64,000 bases of DNA from Bacteriovoracaceae bacterium (lineage in GTDB: Bacteria > Bdellovibrionota > Bacteriovoracia > Bacteriovoracales > Bacteriovoracaceae). This document shows, in pieces, positions 48,672 through 59,805 of this stretch; position 1 is the stretch's first letter, and each line of letters starts with the position of its first letter. The notes under the pieces are model-generated. The model was not told where the DNA came from. It was given only the letters and a program-made list of their open reading frames with translations, and made no database searches. The DNA is taken from the NCBI GenBank assembly GCA_048270185.1, contig JBLWTJ010000003.1:128001-192000 (forward strand), written 5' to 3'. The position numbers and the translations under genes are program-made.

Positions 48672-49577
48672 TTATCTGATAATGTGGTTTTCGATTATCG
48701 TTTTAATTTTTTGAGTTGATTCTTTTGAATCATAAGCTGGTCTTGTGCTCATTTCGTCATCAAGCTCAAATAGGCGAGACCATAGAGGAGCACCAGTTTT
48801 CTTAAAGTCGATTTTTACAGAAGCTTGCGAGTAAAGTTCTTTATCCCAAACCTTCACAACGTCACGCCAGAAGTACTTATGTCCTTTCCACCAATCGATT
48901 GCTGGTTGACAACGGCTATCAGCAACTTTTTCATAAGTGTTGTAACTCTTCTCCATGGCAAGCTTAAGCTCCATTCCATTCTCAAGCATATTAACTTTGA
49001 TATTATTTTGGTCGTGAACGTGACCGTATGAAGTTTGCTCATGGCGATTTGTTCTTCTAAGTACATTGTAGTCAGATCGAATTGAGAACTCACGTCTAGG
49101 CAGAGGAGCATTTGCCGTACATTCCCAGTAAGAATTCTTATCTGTGTGAATCCATGGCGCCGAACACTCGTATCTTGGAGAGTCATCAACTTGATAAACT
49201 CTTTGTACCCAATTACCTTGTGGGCTTTTTACAACAGAGTTATTCCAATTATTGAAACCTCTGTAATCAAGAGCAGTTTGAGCTTCCCAATCCCACTGTT
49301 GTCTCCAATGCTTAACGATTGCATGTGGAGTCACTAGAATATGTTGTATATTAACCATATTTTCATTTTCTGAATCAACAAAGATCCACTCAAGTGCACC
49401 TGAAGCATAGCGATCATAGAAATCGTAATCATTGCTATAAGCGAAAGTCTCTGCTGATTGAAATTTAACAGCGTAACATCCTGTCATTTTCTTGATTTCT
49501 TGGATGTCCTTATTCTTATCGATTGTAAGCCCTGCAAATGCTGGTAGCGCAAGAGCAAGAAGAACTAAAAACTTCAT
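48672..49577 (-). CDS. DUF6607-like secreted protein
   Basis: QHILV, KHWRQQW, VYQVDDSPRY and PLPRRE motifs. Confidence 0.75.
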   Translation of the reverse strand: MKFLVLLALALPAFAGLTIDKNKDIQEIKKMTGCYAVKFQSAETFAYSNDYDFYDRYASGALEWIFVDSENENMVNIQHILVTPHAIVKHWRQQWDWEAQTALDYRGFNNWNNSVVKSPQGNWVQRVYQVDDSPRYECSAPWIHTDKNSYWECTANAPLPRREFSIRSDYNVLRRTNRHEQTSYGHVHDQNNIKVNMLENGMELKLAMEKSYNTYEKVADSRCQPAIDWWKGHKYFWRDVVKVWDKELYSQASVKIDFKKTGAPLWSRLFELDDEMSTRPAYDSKESTQKIKTIIENHIIR

Positions 49578-49717
49578 ATTTTCCCCCGTTTTTGGTTGTG
49601 TGTGAATTTGAATGGTTGATTATTGAAAATAGAGTTTGAGTTGTCAAACAATATTAACTTAACTTTATTGGTGACGCGCAGGCCGTGGACGAAGTAGCCG
49701 GTTTTATTATAGAATAG

Positions 49718-51985
<2,268 letters not shown>

Positions 51986-52001
51986 TAAATAAAAGCTAAA
52001 A

Positions 52002-52030
52002 AGGATGGCCCTCACTATGAGGGCCTTCCT
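52002..52030. terminator. Terminator hairpin between convergent genes
   Basis: AGGA-t-GGCCCTCA-CTA-TGAGGGCC-t-TCCT. Confidence 0.75.
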
Positions 52031-52034
52031 GATT

Positions 52035-52802
52035 TTATACAGCACGCATTGAATCTTTCAATTCAATATTTCGAAGCCAGTTCCTTGCCTCGTCAATCGC
52101 GCCGTACTCGAAAACTTTTGCATCCACATCTTTTAAATGATTATTCACTGCTGGAAGAGCATTTCTAACTAATTCACTATCAGTACAGATTGCAATTTTT
52201 TCAATATGTTTACGATTATCTTTTAAAAACTCAAAATGCCTCAATAGCCCGCGAAGATCTTCCCAGCCAGGAAATTCCTTTGTATTAATAATTAGTCCTG
52301 AGATTACTTTCGTTTCTTTGTAAACTTGAGAGAGGAGGTTTTGCATCTTTTCAAAATCATTTATTCCTAGTGCATGAGATGGAATGATCGTTAGAATATT
52401 ATCATTCTTGTCATAGTGAAATTCGATATCACTTTCAGGTTCTTCATTAAGCCAAGCTTTTGCATCGGCAAGTTCACTAATTTTATATGATTTAAAATCA
52501 ATAGGAACAATTGGAGCAAATAGTTTTACTGCTCCTGTAATAAGGGCACTATCTGTGACAACAGCGCATTTCTTCATAACATTGAAGTATTTTAGGCCCA
52601 TTGCTGAATCTTCAAAAACAGCTCCTGGTGTATAACCTTCGTATGTCTCATTTAGGTAGAAGAGGATGGCCACACGCTCTTCTTTATCTCGGGCCTTATC
52701 TAGAATTGGCCCTAGTACATTGATATAGTCTTCTTTAGTGATTCTTCCAGAGCCTTCAATACCCACGATGCCTTTTTGTAGGCCTTGCATTACCTTTAAC
52801 AT
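52035..52802 (-). CDS. Tandem STAS/SEC14 (SpoIIAA-like) domain protein
   Basis: Two repeats ending AKAWL and ARNWL, with CAVVTD and IAICTD; ATG behind AGGAG. Confidence 0.8.
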   Translation of the reverse strand: MLKVMQGLQKGIVGIEGSGRITKEDYINVLGPILDKARDKEERVAILFYLNETYEGYTPGAVFEDSAMGLKYFNVMKKCAVVTDSALITGAVKLFAPIVPIDFKSYKISELADAKAWLNEEPESDIEFHYDKNDNILTIIPSHALGINDFEKMQNLLSQVYKETKVISGLIINTKEFPGWEDLRGLLRHFEFLKDNRKHIEKIAICTDSELVRNALPAVNNHLKDVDAKVFEYGAIDEARNWLRNIELKDSMRAV

Positions 52803-52887
52803 ACACAATCTCCTTTCCGCTGAATGATTACTTCTTTAGTAGTCATCTCATCGGGAAGGAGGTTAGTGTATTAACTTAAGATTTTAT

Positions 52888-54084
52888 TTATTTTGCTAGG
52901 ATTTCATCAGCAAGTTCTTTTGTCAGATAACCATCTGGAACAAGACCTTGAGATACTTGATAGTTCTGAACTGCTGCCATTGTTTGCTTACCTGGAATAC
53001 CATCAACAGGACCAGCGTCAAAGCCTAGTTCATTAAGTTTTGCTTGAATTAATTTTGCCATCTCAAATGACATGAATGATTCTTCTTTTAAGTTAAACTT
53101 AGAAAAGTAATCAGCACGGTCATTAATAAGATCCGAGAGAACACCAATACCAAGTGCGTATTTTTCAGAGTTATTCCATTTAAAGATTGTGAAGAAGTTA
53201 GGGTAGACAATAAAGGCCGGACCTTTCGCTCCTTGTGGAAGATAGATGGCCGTCTTTCCCGCTGTATAAGGAAGTTGTGTTCCACCCTTTAGAGTGATGC
53301 CTCGATCAACCCAGTACTGTAGATCTTCTTTATACTTAAGTCCTGAGTGGAAGAAATCAAAATTCTCTGGTAGCTCAACTTCGTGGCCCCAGCTCTCTTC
53401 ACCATTCCAACCAACGCTTGTTAGAAAGTTTGCAGATGAGCCAAGAAAGTCATGACGATTTTCCCACATATTAATAGCGCCATCTTTATCATAATCAATT
53501 GCATAAGCTAGCATTGTTGAAGGCATGAATTGAGTTGAGCCCATTGCTCCTGCCCATGAACCTTGCATACGCTCACTTGGATAAGTGTAGATACCTCTGT
53601 CTAACATTGTAAGGGCATTGATTAACTCTTTCTTAAAGAAGGCCGAACGTCTTCCATCATATGTAAGAGTCGTAAGGGATCTAATAATATCCAGCTTTCC
53701 AGTGATGGAAGAAAAGTTAGTTTCTAGGGCCCAGAATGAAAGAAGAAATCTTGCTTGAAAATTATAGTCATCGCGAATACTCGCAAAGATATCAGCAAGT
53801 TCATCTTTGTACATTTGTCCTTTCTCAACGCGCGTACTACTTATAACGATACTTAAGTAGCGTCCCATACTCATGACAAATTCAGGTTGTCTGCGGTCAT
53901 ACTTTATAACGTCTTGGTTAAAAGTGACGCCTTCAAATGCTTCATCAAGAAGAGCATAAGAGAAGCCTTGAGTTTCATTTAGCTCGGCCTTGAGGTTATC
54001 AAGCCAGCTGTTAAACTCTTGTGTTGTTGGAGTTTGCGCAAAAGCGCTTAGTGCAATAAGTGTTGTTAGGATTATCTTTTTCAT
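52888..54084 (-). CDS. Lytic murein transglycosylase (MltB/Slt35 family) with C-terminal PG-binding domain
   Basis: WALETNF, GSWAGAMGSTQFMPS, EF-hand DYDKDG and DGIPGKQT motifs. Confidence 0.93.
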   Translation of the reverse strand: MKKIILTTLIALSAFAQTPTTQEFNSWLDNLKAELNETQGFSYALLDEAFEGVTFNQDVIKYDRRQPEFVMSMGRYLSIVISSTRVEKGQMYKDELADIFASIRDDYNFQARFLLSFWALETNFSSITGKLDIIRSLTTLTYDGRRSAFFKKELINALTMLDRGIYTYPSERMQGSWAGAMGSTQFMPSTMLAYAIDYDKDGAINMWENRHDFLGSSANFLTSVGWNGEESWGHEVELPENFDFFHSGLKYKEDLQYWVDRGITLKGGTQLPYTAGKTAIYLPQGAKGPAFIVYPNFFTIFKWNNSEKYALGIGVLSDLINDRADYFSKFNLKEESFMSFEMAKLIQAKLNELGFDAGPVDGIPGKQTMAAVQNYQVSQGLVPDGYLTKELADEILAK

Positions 54085-54133
54085 CTTGAGACACTACACA
54101 CAATTTTCCTTGATATGAAGACGCACCGAGTAA

Positions 54134-54171
54134 GGTCCACGCAACCTTTTCGTGATTCCAGTACTTTAGAC
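54134..54171 (+). repeat. Second copy of the REP/MITE-end-like repeat
   Basis: GGTCCACGCAACCTTTTCGTGATTC versus GGTGCACGCAACCTTTTCGAGATTC at 7673. Confidence 0.65.
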
Positions 54172-54192
54172 TCGTTGGTTATCTTGATTATG

Positions 54193-54220
54193 TAAAGTTT
54201 ATTGTCTTTAATTCCGATTA
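54193..54220 (+). promoter_or_regulatory. Candidate sigma28 (FliA) promoter
   Basis: TAAAGTTT-N12-TCCGATTA ending 7 nt before the ATG at 54228. Confidence 0.55.
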
Positions 54221-54227
54221 TAGGAGC

Positions 54228-55052
54228 ATGAAAATACTAATATCTTTATTTCTTTTGTCTAATTTTACCTTTGCTTCGGCCCGTGTTTGTAAAAAAGATG
54301 GTGCACTTGAAGTTTACTCAAACCTAATCTTCTATGGTGAAAAGGCCAGCGAGCACGGGGCAGATTGTGCGCAAGAGATATATTCAATGTTTAATGCACC
54401 CAATGCCAAGATTAAGATTAATGGAGAAGAATTTCCTGTAAAGTTTAAAGTCTCTTACCAGATAGAGAATGAGAAAGATGTTTACGCTTCAGTAAATATT
54501 AATAAGCGAGTTGAAAATAATTATATTCGTATTGAAGATAAGACTACAAATATCGAATGGAATCGTTCAAATCATACCTTAAGTGGTAATTGTGGTTTTT
54601 ACACTACTGGTGATAAGTTAGGGCACTCAACAACTTGTACCCATGAATTTGCTCACGGGCTAGGGCTGACTCATTATACAGATCGAGGTAGTGGTTACGG
54701 CTCTGACGGTAACTTAATTGGTAAGGGGGCCCCTGGGATCATGGCGGCCCGTGGTTTCTTCGTTGACAGAAAATATCAATATAATAAAAAAGCATCTCCC
54801 GGAACAAAAGGTGGGACAATTAATCCAATCCATCGAGTCGTTAGACAAGAAGATGTTGAAGATCTCGGTCTCGAATTTCTTAGTTTCGATGAAGATGGTT
54901 GTGCAGATCTCGGTTCAAACTTAGGCATGGCCTACACGAAAGAAGGGGATATTGTAACAGGTAAGAATTGGTACGCTTTCGATGCTCTAAATTACATTGT
55001 TAACGACTTCACTGGTAATCTAAATAAGCCAACTCAGTGTGGTGAAAAGTAG
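54228..55052 (+). CDS. Secreted metzincin-type zinc metalloprotease
   Basis: HEFAHGLGLTH (HEXXHXXGXXH) and a GIMA Met-turn candidate. Confidence 0.8.
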   Translation: MKILISLFLLSNFTFASARVCKKDGALEVYSNLIFYGEKASEHGADCAQEIYSMFNAPNAKIKINGEEFPVKFKVSYQIENEKDVYASVNINKRVENNYIRIEDKTTNIEWNRSNHTLSGNCGFYTTGDKLGHSTTCTHEFAHGLGLTHYTDRGSGYGSDGNLIGKGAPGIMAARGFFVDRKYQYNKKASPGTKGGTINPIHRVVRQEDVEDLGLEFLSFDEDGCADLGSNLGMAYTKEGDIVTGKNWYAFDALNYIVNDFTGNLNKPTQCGEK

Positions 55053-55104
55053 TTACCAAACTCCATATTTCTTAATTTATTCTTCTTGCGCTTAGTCCCT
55101 GGCG

Positions 55105-55292
55105 GGACTGAGGTGGCGCGGCCGGGAGGACTCGGCCTCTCTACGTCGGCATCCATGCCTCCTTGTTCGGCCCGACTCGCTCGCTTCCGTTCGCATCCTG
55201 CTCACTCTTCGCTATCGCGCGCTCCCTCGCTTCTCGTCCTCCTCATTCAATGAGGATACTATGTAATGTAATTAATCTATGCTTGAAATAGA
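55105..55292 (-). repeat. tRNA-linked element: 30-bp duplicate of the tRNA 3' end plus a GC-rich palindromic insert
   Basis: 55105-55134 is identical to 55293-55322; internal inverted repeats. Confidence 0.75.
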
Positions 55293-55301
55293 GGACTGAG
55301 G

Positions 55302-55378
55302 TGGCGCGGCCGGGAGGACTCGAACCCCCGACATTCAGATCCGAAGTCTGACGTTCTATCCAACTGAACTACGGCCGC
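55302..55378 (-). tRNA. tRNA-Arg, anticodon UCG
   Basis: 77-nt cloverleaf GCGGCCG...CGGCCGC-G-CCA; anticodon arm TCAGA-CT-TCG-GA-TCTGA; T loop GGTTCGAGTCC. Confidence 0.95.
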
Positions 55379-55425
55379 ATATCTTAAATTATAAAAAGAG
55401 GAAGAGATAAGGTAAAGCAATAAAA

Positions 55426-55448
55426 AAGGCCAGCATTACGCTGACCTT
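55426..55448 (-). terminator. Intrinsic terminator
   Basis: AAGGCCAGC/GCTGACCTT (G-U pair on the minus strand) with a U tract. Confidence 0.75.
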
Positions 55449-55454
55449 AGTTTG

Positions 55455-58166
55455 TTATTTACATTCTTGAGTTGAAGGAAATTCAAGCTCTCTTTCAAGC
55501 TTAGTGAATTTTTCACCGGCCATTGTAAGCTTAAGCTTAAGTCCACAGTTCTTTCCTGTTTCATAAAGCTTCTTAAAGATATGCTTGCTTGAGAATACTG
55601 ATTTTCCGAGTTTCGCATATTGCTTAACGAATTCTTTATCATCTTTGTTGAAGTTTGCTTTCATTTTCTTTGCATATTTCTTCACTCGAGAAAGAGTTGA
55701 TCTAGCAACACTTGTCTCGCGATCAATACATTCTAGACGACGATCATTAAAAGAATTTCTCTCAGTACAATCTTTGTTGATTGCGTTGATTAGAGCATAC
55801 TTATGTGTATCGTAGCTTAAGTCTGCATTCATCAGGTAGTTTGCAAAGTCCTTAGAGTAGTTCACACTAACTTCAAGTTTTGTATAATTCAGTTTTCCTT
55901 TCTTCTTTCCGATTTCAACATCAAGGAAATTCGTTAGGGAAGTGAATTCAACAACTCTCTTAAGTGCTCTTCTAAGTTTCTTGTATGTTCCATTATTTGT
56001 TTCATAGAACCATACGAAGCTTGCACCGTTATTTTCTAGATCGACATTTTCAACATTTGCTTTTGCAACTGAAGTGTAGAAAGACTTAAGTGAAGTTCTT
56101 GCAAGGTCAGCAAAGTTTGATCTTGTTACACTTGTATAGACTCCGTAGTCTCTGTGAGTTTGAACACCATTTGCATGAGTTTCAGTATCAGAGAATCCTG
56201 AGTATAGACTCTTAGAATGATTCCAAGACAGAAGTTGAACAAATGGAGTCTTAAATCCAATATTAAATTCTCTACCTTTTAGCTTGAAGTTCGTTGTATG
56301 AACTTTCGTTACTCTAAGATCAGCATATGATTCACCCATTTCCTGAGCTTTTAAGAAGTTACCTTTAAGTACGTCTTCGTATACTTTTGCTGTGTACTCA
56401 TCAGAAAGATCGAAGATATAAGAAAGGTTTTTCCCTTCTTTCTTCACTTTCGCTAGAGACGCATTAGCATAGTAGATACCAGTTGAAAGCATTGCTGACT
56501 CAAGATCAGTTCTTGTAATCTCAACATATACTTTCTTATCTTCTAACTTCTCAATATAGTATTCGTAAGAACCTTTAAAGATTCCTGCAATCGTTGCTGG
56601 TACAGCGTTGTAAATTGCAGAGAATGAAAGGGCCACGCCACCTTCAGTTGTGTAGTTTACGCTATTACCAATATTCCAGCTATCAAGGTCACTTGCTTTA
56701 AATGGAAGCTTTCCTTTAAGTCTTAATTCTTGTGCTTCAGCTAGAGTTGGTGCTGACATCTTATAGATAACTTGTGAGTTGTGAAGAATAGTCACACCAA
56801 GGGCCAGAGAAGTATTAGCTAGTTTAGGGTAGTGCTCTCCTGCATTAGGGAAGTTCCAAGTACCGGCCATTCCAAGACCAATATCGTATTTTCTCATTGC
56901 AGTTACAAGGTATCCACCTGCTTCATCTGTATACTCAAGCTTTGTTGGCTCTAGGAATCCTTCACCAACAGCTTCAATACTTGAAGTTGACCAAATATTT
57001 CCAAAAACAATTGGCTTGATTCCTGCAAATTTTAAGACAAGCTCATCTCTCTTGCTTGGGCCATTGTCTGGAGTTGTCGTTGATGGTTGGTCGCCACTGT
57101 TATCTTCTCCATTATCTCCATTGTCATCGCCACCGTTGTCGCCATTGTCATCGCCACCGTTGTCGCCATTGTCATCGCCACCGTTATCGCCACCATTGTC
57201 GCCACCATTGTCGCCACCATTATGGTCGCCACCACCGTTACCGTTGTCTCCGCCATTGCCTTGATTGCCGTCAGAGCCACCGTTCCCGTTTCCATTATTT
57301 CCGTCACCGTGGTTTCCATTGTCGCCATTATTGCCGTTGTCACCACCGTTTCCGTTTCCGTTTCCGTTCCCGTTCCCGTTCCCGTTCCCGTTCCCGTTCC
57401 CGTTCCCGTTTCCATCACCGTGGTTTCCATTATCGCCATTATTGCCGTTGTCACCACCGTTACCATTTCCGTTATCACCAGAGTTTCCTTGGTCACCTGA
57501 ATGACTTCCGCCACCGTTACCATTGTCTCCACTATTTCCATTGCCTTGGTTTCCATCAGAGCCGCCTACGCCGTTTCCGTTGTTCCCATTGCCATGGTTT
57601 CCGTTATCACCAGAGTTTCCATTTGATCCAGAATTTCCATTAGATCCAGAATTTCCGTTTGATCCTGAGTTACCATTTGAACCAGTGCTACCTTGGTCAC
57701 CTGAATGACTTCCGCCACCGTTACCATTGTCACCGCTATTTCCACTGCCTTGGTTTCCAGCAGAACCGCCTACGCCGTTTCCGTTGTTCCCATTGCCATG
57801 GTTTCCGTTATCACCTGAGTTACCGTTTGAACCAGAGTTTCCATTGTCTCCAGAACTCCCGTTGGATCCTGAGTTACCGTTTGACCCAGAGTTACCATTT
57901 GAACCAGTGCTACCTTGGTCACCTGAATGGCTCCCGCCACCGTTACCATTGTCACCGCTACTTCCACTACCTTGGTTACCAGCAGAACCGCCTACGCCGT
58001 TTCCGTTGTTCCCATTGCCTTGGTTACCATTATTATTTGAATTACTATTGTTTGAAACTTGTGATCCATTACCGCTACCATTTCCGTTATTCGAATTATT
58101 CGATTTACCGGCATACGAGTTTTGCATCAGAAGTAAGACGAGAGTTAGTAGTAGGCTCTTTTTCAT
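55455..58166 (-). CDS. Large secreted protein: about 350-aa Gly/Asn/Ser/Asp low-complexity N-region plus about 530-aa unknown globular domain
   Basis: 903-aa ORF, signal peptide ending SYA, AAGGA RBS. Confidence 0.85.
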   Translation of the reverse strand: MKKSLLLTLVLLLMQNSYAGKSNNSNNGNGSGNGSQVSNNSNSNNNGNQGNGNNGNGVGGSAGNQGSGSSGDNGNGGGSHSGDQGSTGSNGNSGSNGNSGSNGSSGDNGNSGSNGNSGDNGNHGNGNNGNGVGGSAGNQGSGNSGDNGNGGGSHSGDQGSTGSNGNSGSNGNSGSNGNSGSNGNSGDNGNHGNGNNGNGVGGSDGNQGNGNSGDNGNGGGSHSGDQGNSGDNGNGNGGDNGNNGDNGNHGDGNGNGNGNGNGNGNGNGNGNGNGGDNGNNGDNGNHGDGNNGNGNGGSDGNQGNGGDNGNGGGDHNGGDNGGDNGGDNGGDDNGDNGGDDNGDNGGDDNGDNGEDNSGDQPSTTTPDNGPSKRDELVLKFAGIKPIVFGNIWSTSSIEAVGEGFLEPTKLEYTDEAGGYLVTAMRKYDIGLGMAGTWNFPNAGEHYPKLANTSLALGVTILHNSQVIYKMSAPTLAEAQELRLKGKLPFKASDLDSWNIGNSVNYTTEGGVALSFSAIYNAVPATIAGIFKGSYEYYIEKLEDKKVYVEITRTDLESAMLSTGIYYANASLAKVKKEGKNLSYIFDLSDEYTAKVYEDVLKGNFLKAQEMGESYADLRVTKVHTTNFKLKGREFNIGFKTPFVQLLSWNHSKSLYSGFSDTETHANGVQTHRDYGVYTSVTRSNFADLARTSLKSFYTSVAKANVENVDLENNGASFVWFYETNNGTYKKLRRALKRVVEFTSLTNFLDVEIGKKKGKLNYTKLEVSVNYSKDFANYLMNADLSYDTHKYALINAINKDCTERNSFNDRRLECIDRETSVARSTLSRVKKYAKKMKANFNKDDKEFVKQYAKLGKSVFSSKHIFKKLYETGKNCGLKLKLTMAGEKFTKLERELEFPSTQECK
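57090..58100 (-). repeat. Nested coding repeats: three long GNGVGGS...GGGSHSGDQG blocks, a (GN)n 6-bp microsatellite at about 57346-57413, and GDNGGDDN units
   Basis: Visible in DNA and translation; boundaries approximate. Confidence 0.9.
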
Positions 58167-58348
58167 TTCTATCCTTTTTCCTTTATTGAGAATAAAGTAT
58201 GAATAAACTATTAAAATTTGCTCACAATTTAATGAAAAAATATGCCCAAGTAAATAGAATATGAACTAGTTACAGCGGAATTAATCAAAATTTAAACAAA
58301 ATTATCTCTAGCTTAAGAAAAGGATGATATAGGTCATGAAAATATGGA

Positions 58349-58732
58349 CTATACCTTATTGTAGGCCATTTCTTCGAGGGCCTTCATTGGGATAACGGCC
58401 AGGGTTTCTTCATGGCATGCTTCAAGAATAATAGGGCAGGCCTTGCCTGCTTTGTAGGCCGTAAGCCAACGGCCAGCACAGAGGCACCACTTATCTCCGG
58501 GGTTAAGTCCTGCAAATTGAAACTGAGGCATTGGAGTAGACAGATCATTGCCGTCGGCCCTTGAAAACTCAAGAAATTCTTCAGTCACGATACAGCAAAC
58601 AGTATGCATACCGCGGTCATTAATATCAGTTCGGCAAAAGCCATCACGCCAGAATCCTGTCATGGGAGTACAGCCACACATCTGTAGGGGAGTTCCTAGG
58701 ACATTCAAATGTTCTTGCGCATCTTGACTCAC
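58349..58732 (-). CDS. DUF2237 family protein
   Basis: NVLGTPL, PMTGFWRDGFC, GNDLSTP and WCLCAGRW motifs; GTG start. Confidence 0.9.
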   Translation of the reverse strand: MSQDAQEHLNVLGTPLQMCGCTPMTGFWRDGFCRTDINDRGMHTVCCIVTEEFLEFSRADGNDLSTPMPQFQFAGLNPGDKWCLCAGRWLTAYKAGKACPIILEACHEETLAVIPMKALEEMAYNKV

Positions 58733-58747
58733 TTTTTGCCTTCCTTC

Positions 58748-59092
58748 TTAATACTCATTTTCTTCGAAATCTATATAAGTATATGAGATCGTATTTAGTT
58801 CATCAATACTATCGAGAACATGGTCTTCGCTAGTAAAGTTTTTCTCCATAAAGGCCAAATAATCTTTAACATCACCTTGAGTCTTAACCGTTGTTAATGA
58901 GTTAAATGCAATAAAGACGATCAAAGTAACAAGGGCGCCTGAGAGGCTAAAGAAGAATCTTTGTTTTCTTATCTTCTTCTCACGGTGAGCCTTAAAGGCC
59001 GTGTTGAAATCCTTTGCCATTGTTCTTGGGTAAGGGATATCAATTTTACTATTTAATGTATCCTTTAACTTCTCGTTAATTGAATCCTTCAT
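58748..59092 (-). CDS. Putative single-pass anti-sigma factor
   Basis: ATGA overlap with the ECF sigma gene; one TM after a basic stretch. Confidence 0.6.
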   Translation of the reverse strand: MKDSINEKLKDTLNSKIDIPYPRTMAKDFNTAFKAHREKKIRKQRFFFSLSGALVTLIVFIAFNSLTTVKTQGDVKDYLAFMEKNFTSEDHVLDSIDELNTISYTYIDFEENEY

Positions 59093-59673
59093 AAAGACTC
59101 CAGCTCTTTCTCAAGTAATTCTTTTAGTTTAACTTTTGCACGATTTATTAAATTCTTTGATGCCTGCTTCGACTTGCCTAAGACATCAGCAATTTCTTCA
59201 CCAGTATAATCATCCATCCACATGAGAATTGCTTCTCGTTGTGATTCAGGTAAGGCGATTAAAGCTTCTGAAACATTCTTTGAAGTGGCCGAATCAATAA
59301 GCTGCTCAAGTGCCGAATTCGTCTCATCTTCAATATTAAATAAGATCTCATCCTTTAAACATGCTTCTTTGGACTTCTTTAAGTAATCGTAACTCTTATT
59401 TCGAGCAATGGTCCAAAGCCAAGTCGTCACTTTATATTCTTGGCGGTAACTCTTTCTCTTATCGTATAAAGATAAGAAAGCATCATGAACAAGGTCCTGC
59501 GCCTTTTGTTCATCAAGAACAATGAAGTAAACAAATTGATAGAGCTTTATATGGAGAACACGATAGAGCTCTTCAAAGGCCTTATGGTCATCATTCTTTG
59601 CCACCAAAGACATAAGCTCAGATGGTTCTTTTTGACGTGAATTTTTCCAAATCGAGTTACTCATTACACGCAT
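59089..59673 (-). CDS. ECF RNA polymerase sigma factor
   Basis: AFEELY, AQDLVHDAF and WLWTIARNKSYD (region 2); LPESQRE, EEIADVLG and INRAK (region 4). Confidence 0.93.
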   Translation of the reverse strand: MRVMSNSIWKNSRQKEPSELMSLVAKNDDHKAFEELYRVLHIKLYQFVYFIVLDEQKAQDLVHDAFLSLYDKRKSYRQEYKVTTWLWTIARNKSYDYLKKSKEACLKDEILFNIEDETNSALEQLIDSATSKNVSEALIALPESQREAILMWMDDYTGEEIADVLGKSKQASKNLINRAKVKLKELLEKELESL

Positions 59674-59678
59674 ACCAT

Positions 59679-59706
59679 TTATACGATTAGAGGTTAGAAA
59701 GGTTTC
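59679..59706 (-). promoter_or_regulatory. Candidate autoregulatory ECF promoter
   Basis: GAAACC-N16-GTATAA. Confidence 0.7.
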
Positions 59707-59752
59707 GCTATCTAAAATTGATGCTATAATATTAGATACTTAGCACAAGAGT

Positions 59753-59780
59753 GAAACCTTTTATCTATTAGCCAGTATAA
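59753..59780 (+). promoter_or_regulatory. Candidate ECF promoter for the divergent gene
   Basis: GAAACC-N16-GTATAA, the same elements as the minus-strand copy. Confidence 0.7.
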
Positions 59781-59805
59781 CAGGTAACTGTCTAAATAGG
59801 AGAAA

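Noticed and set aside
49600..49645. Fur box upstream of the DUF6607-like gene
   Set aside because: Only a half-site-like TTGAAAAT; the palindrome is too poor to support.
55105..55322. Prophage or genomic island at the tRNA att site
   Set aside because: The direct repeats are only 188 bp apart and no integrase or cargo is present; kept only as a small element.
57016..58206. Many overlapping ORFs in other frames (Pro/Leu-rich, His/Arg/Cys-rich, MET/TVA-rich)
   Set aside because: By-products of the stop-poor Gly/Asn repeat; only the 903-aa frame has a signal peptide, RBS and continuation.
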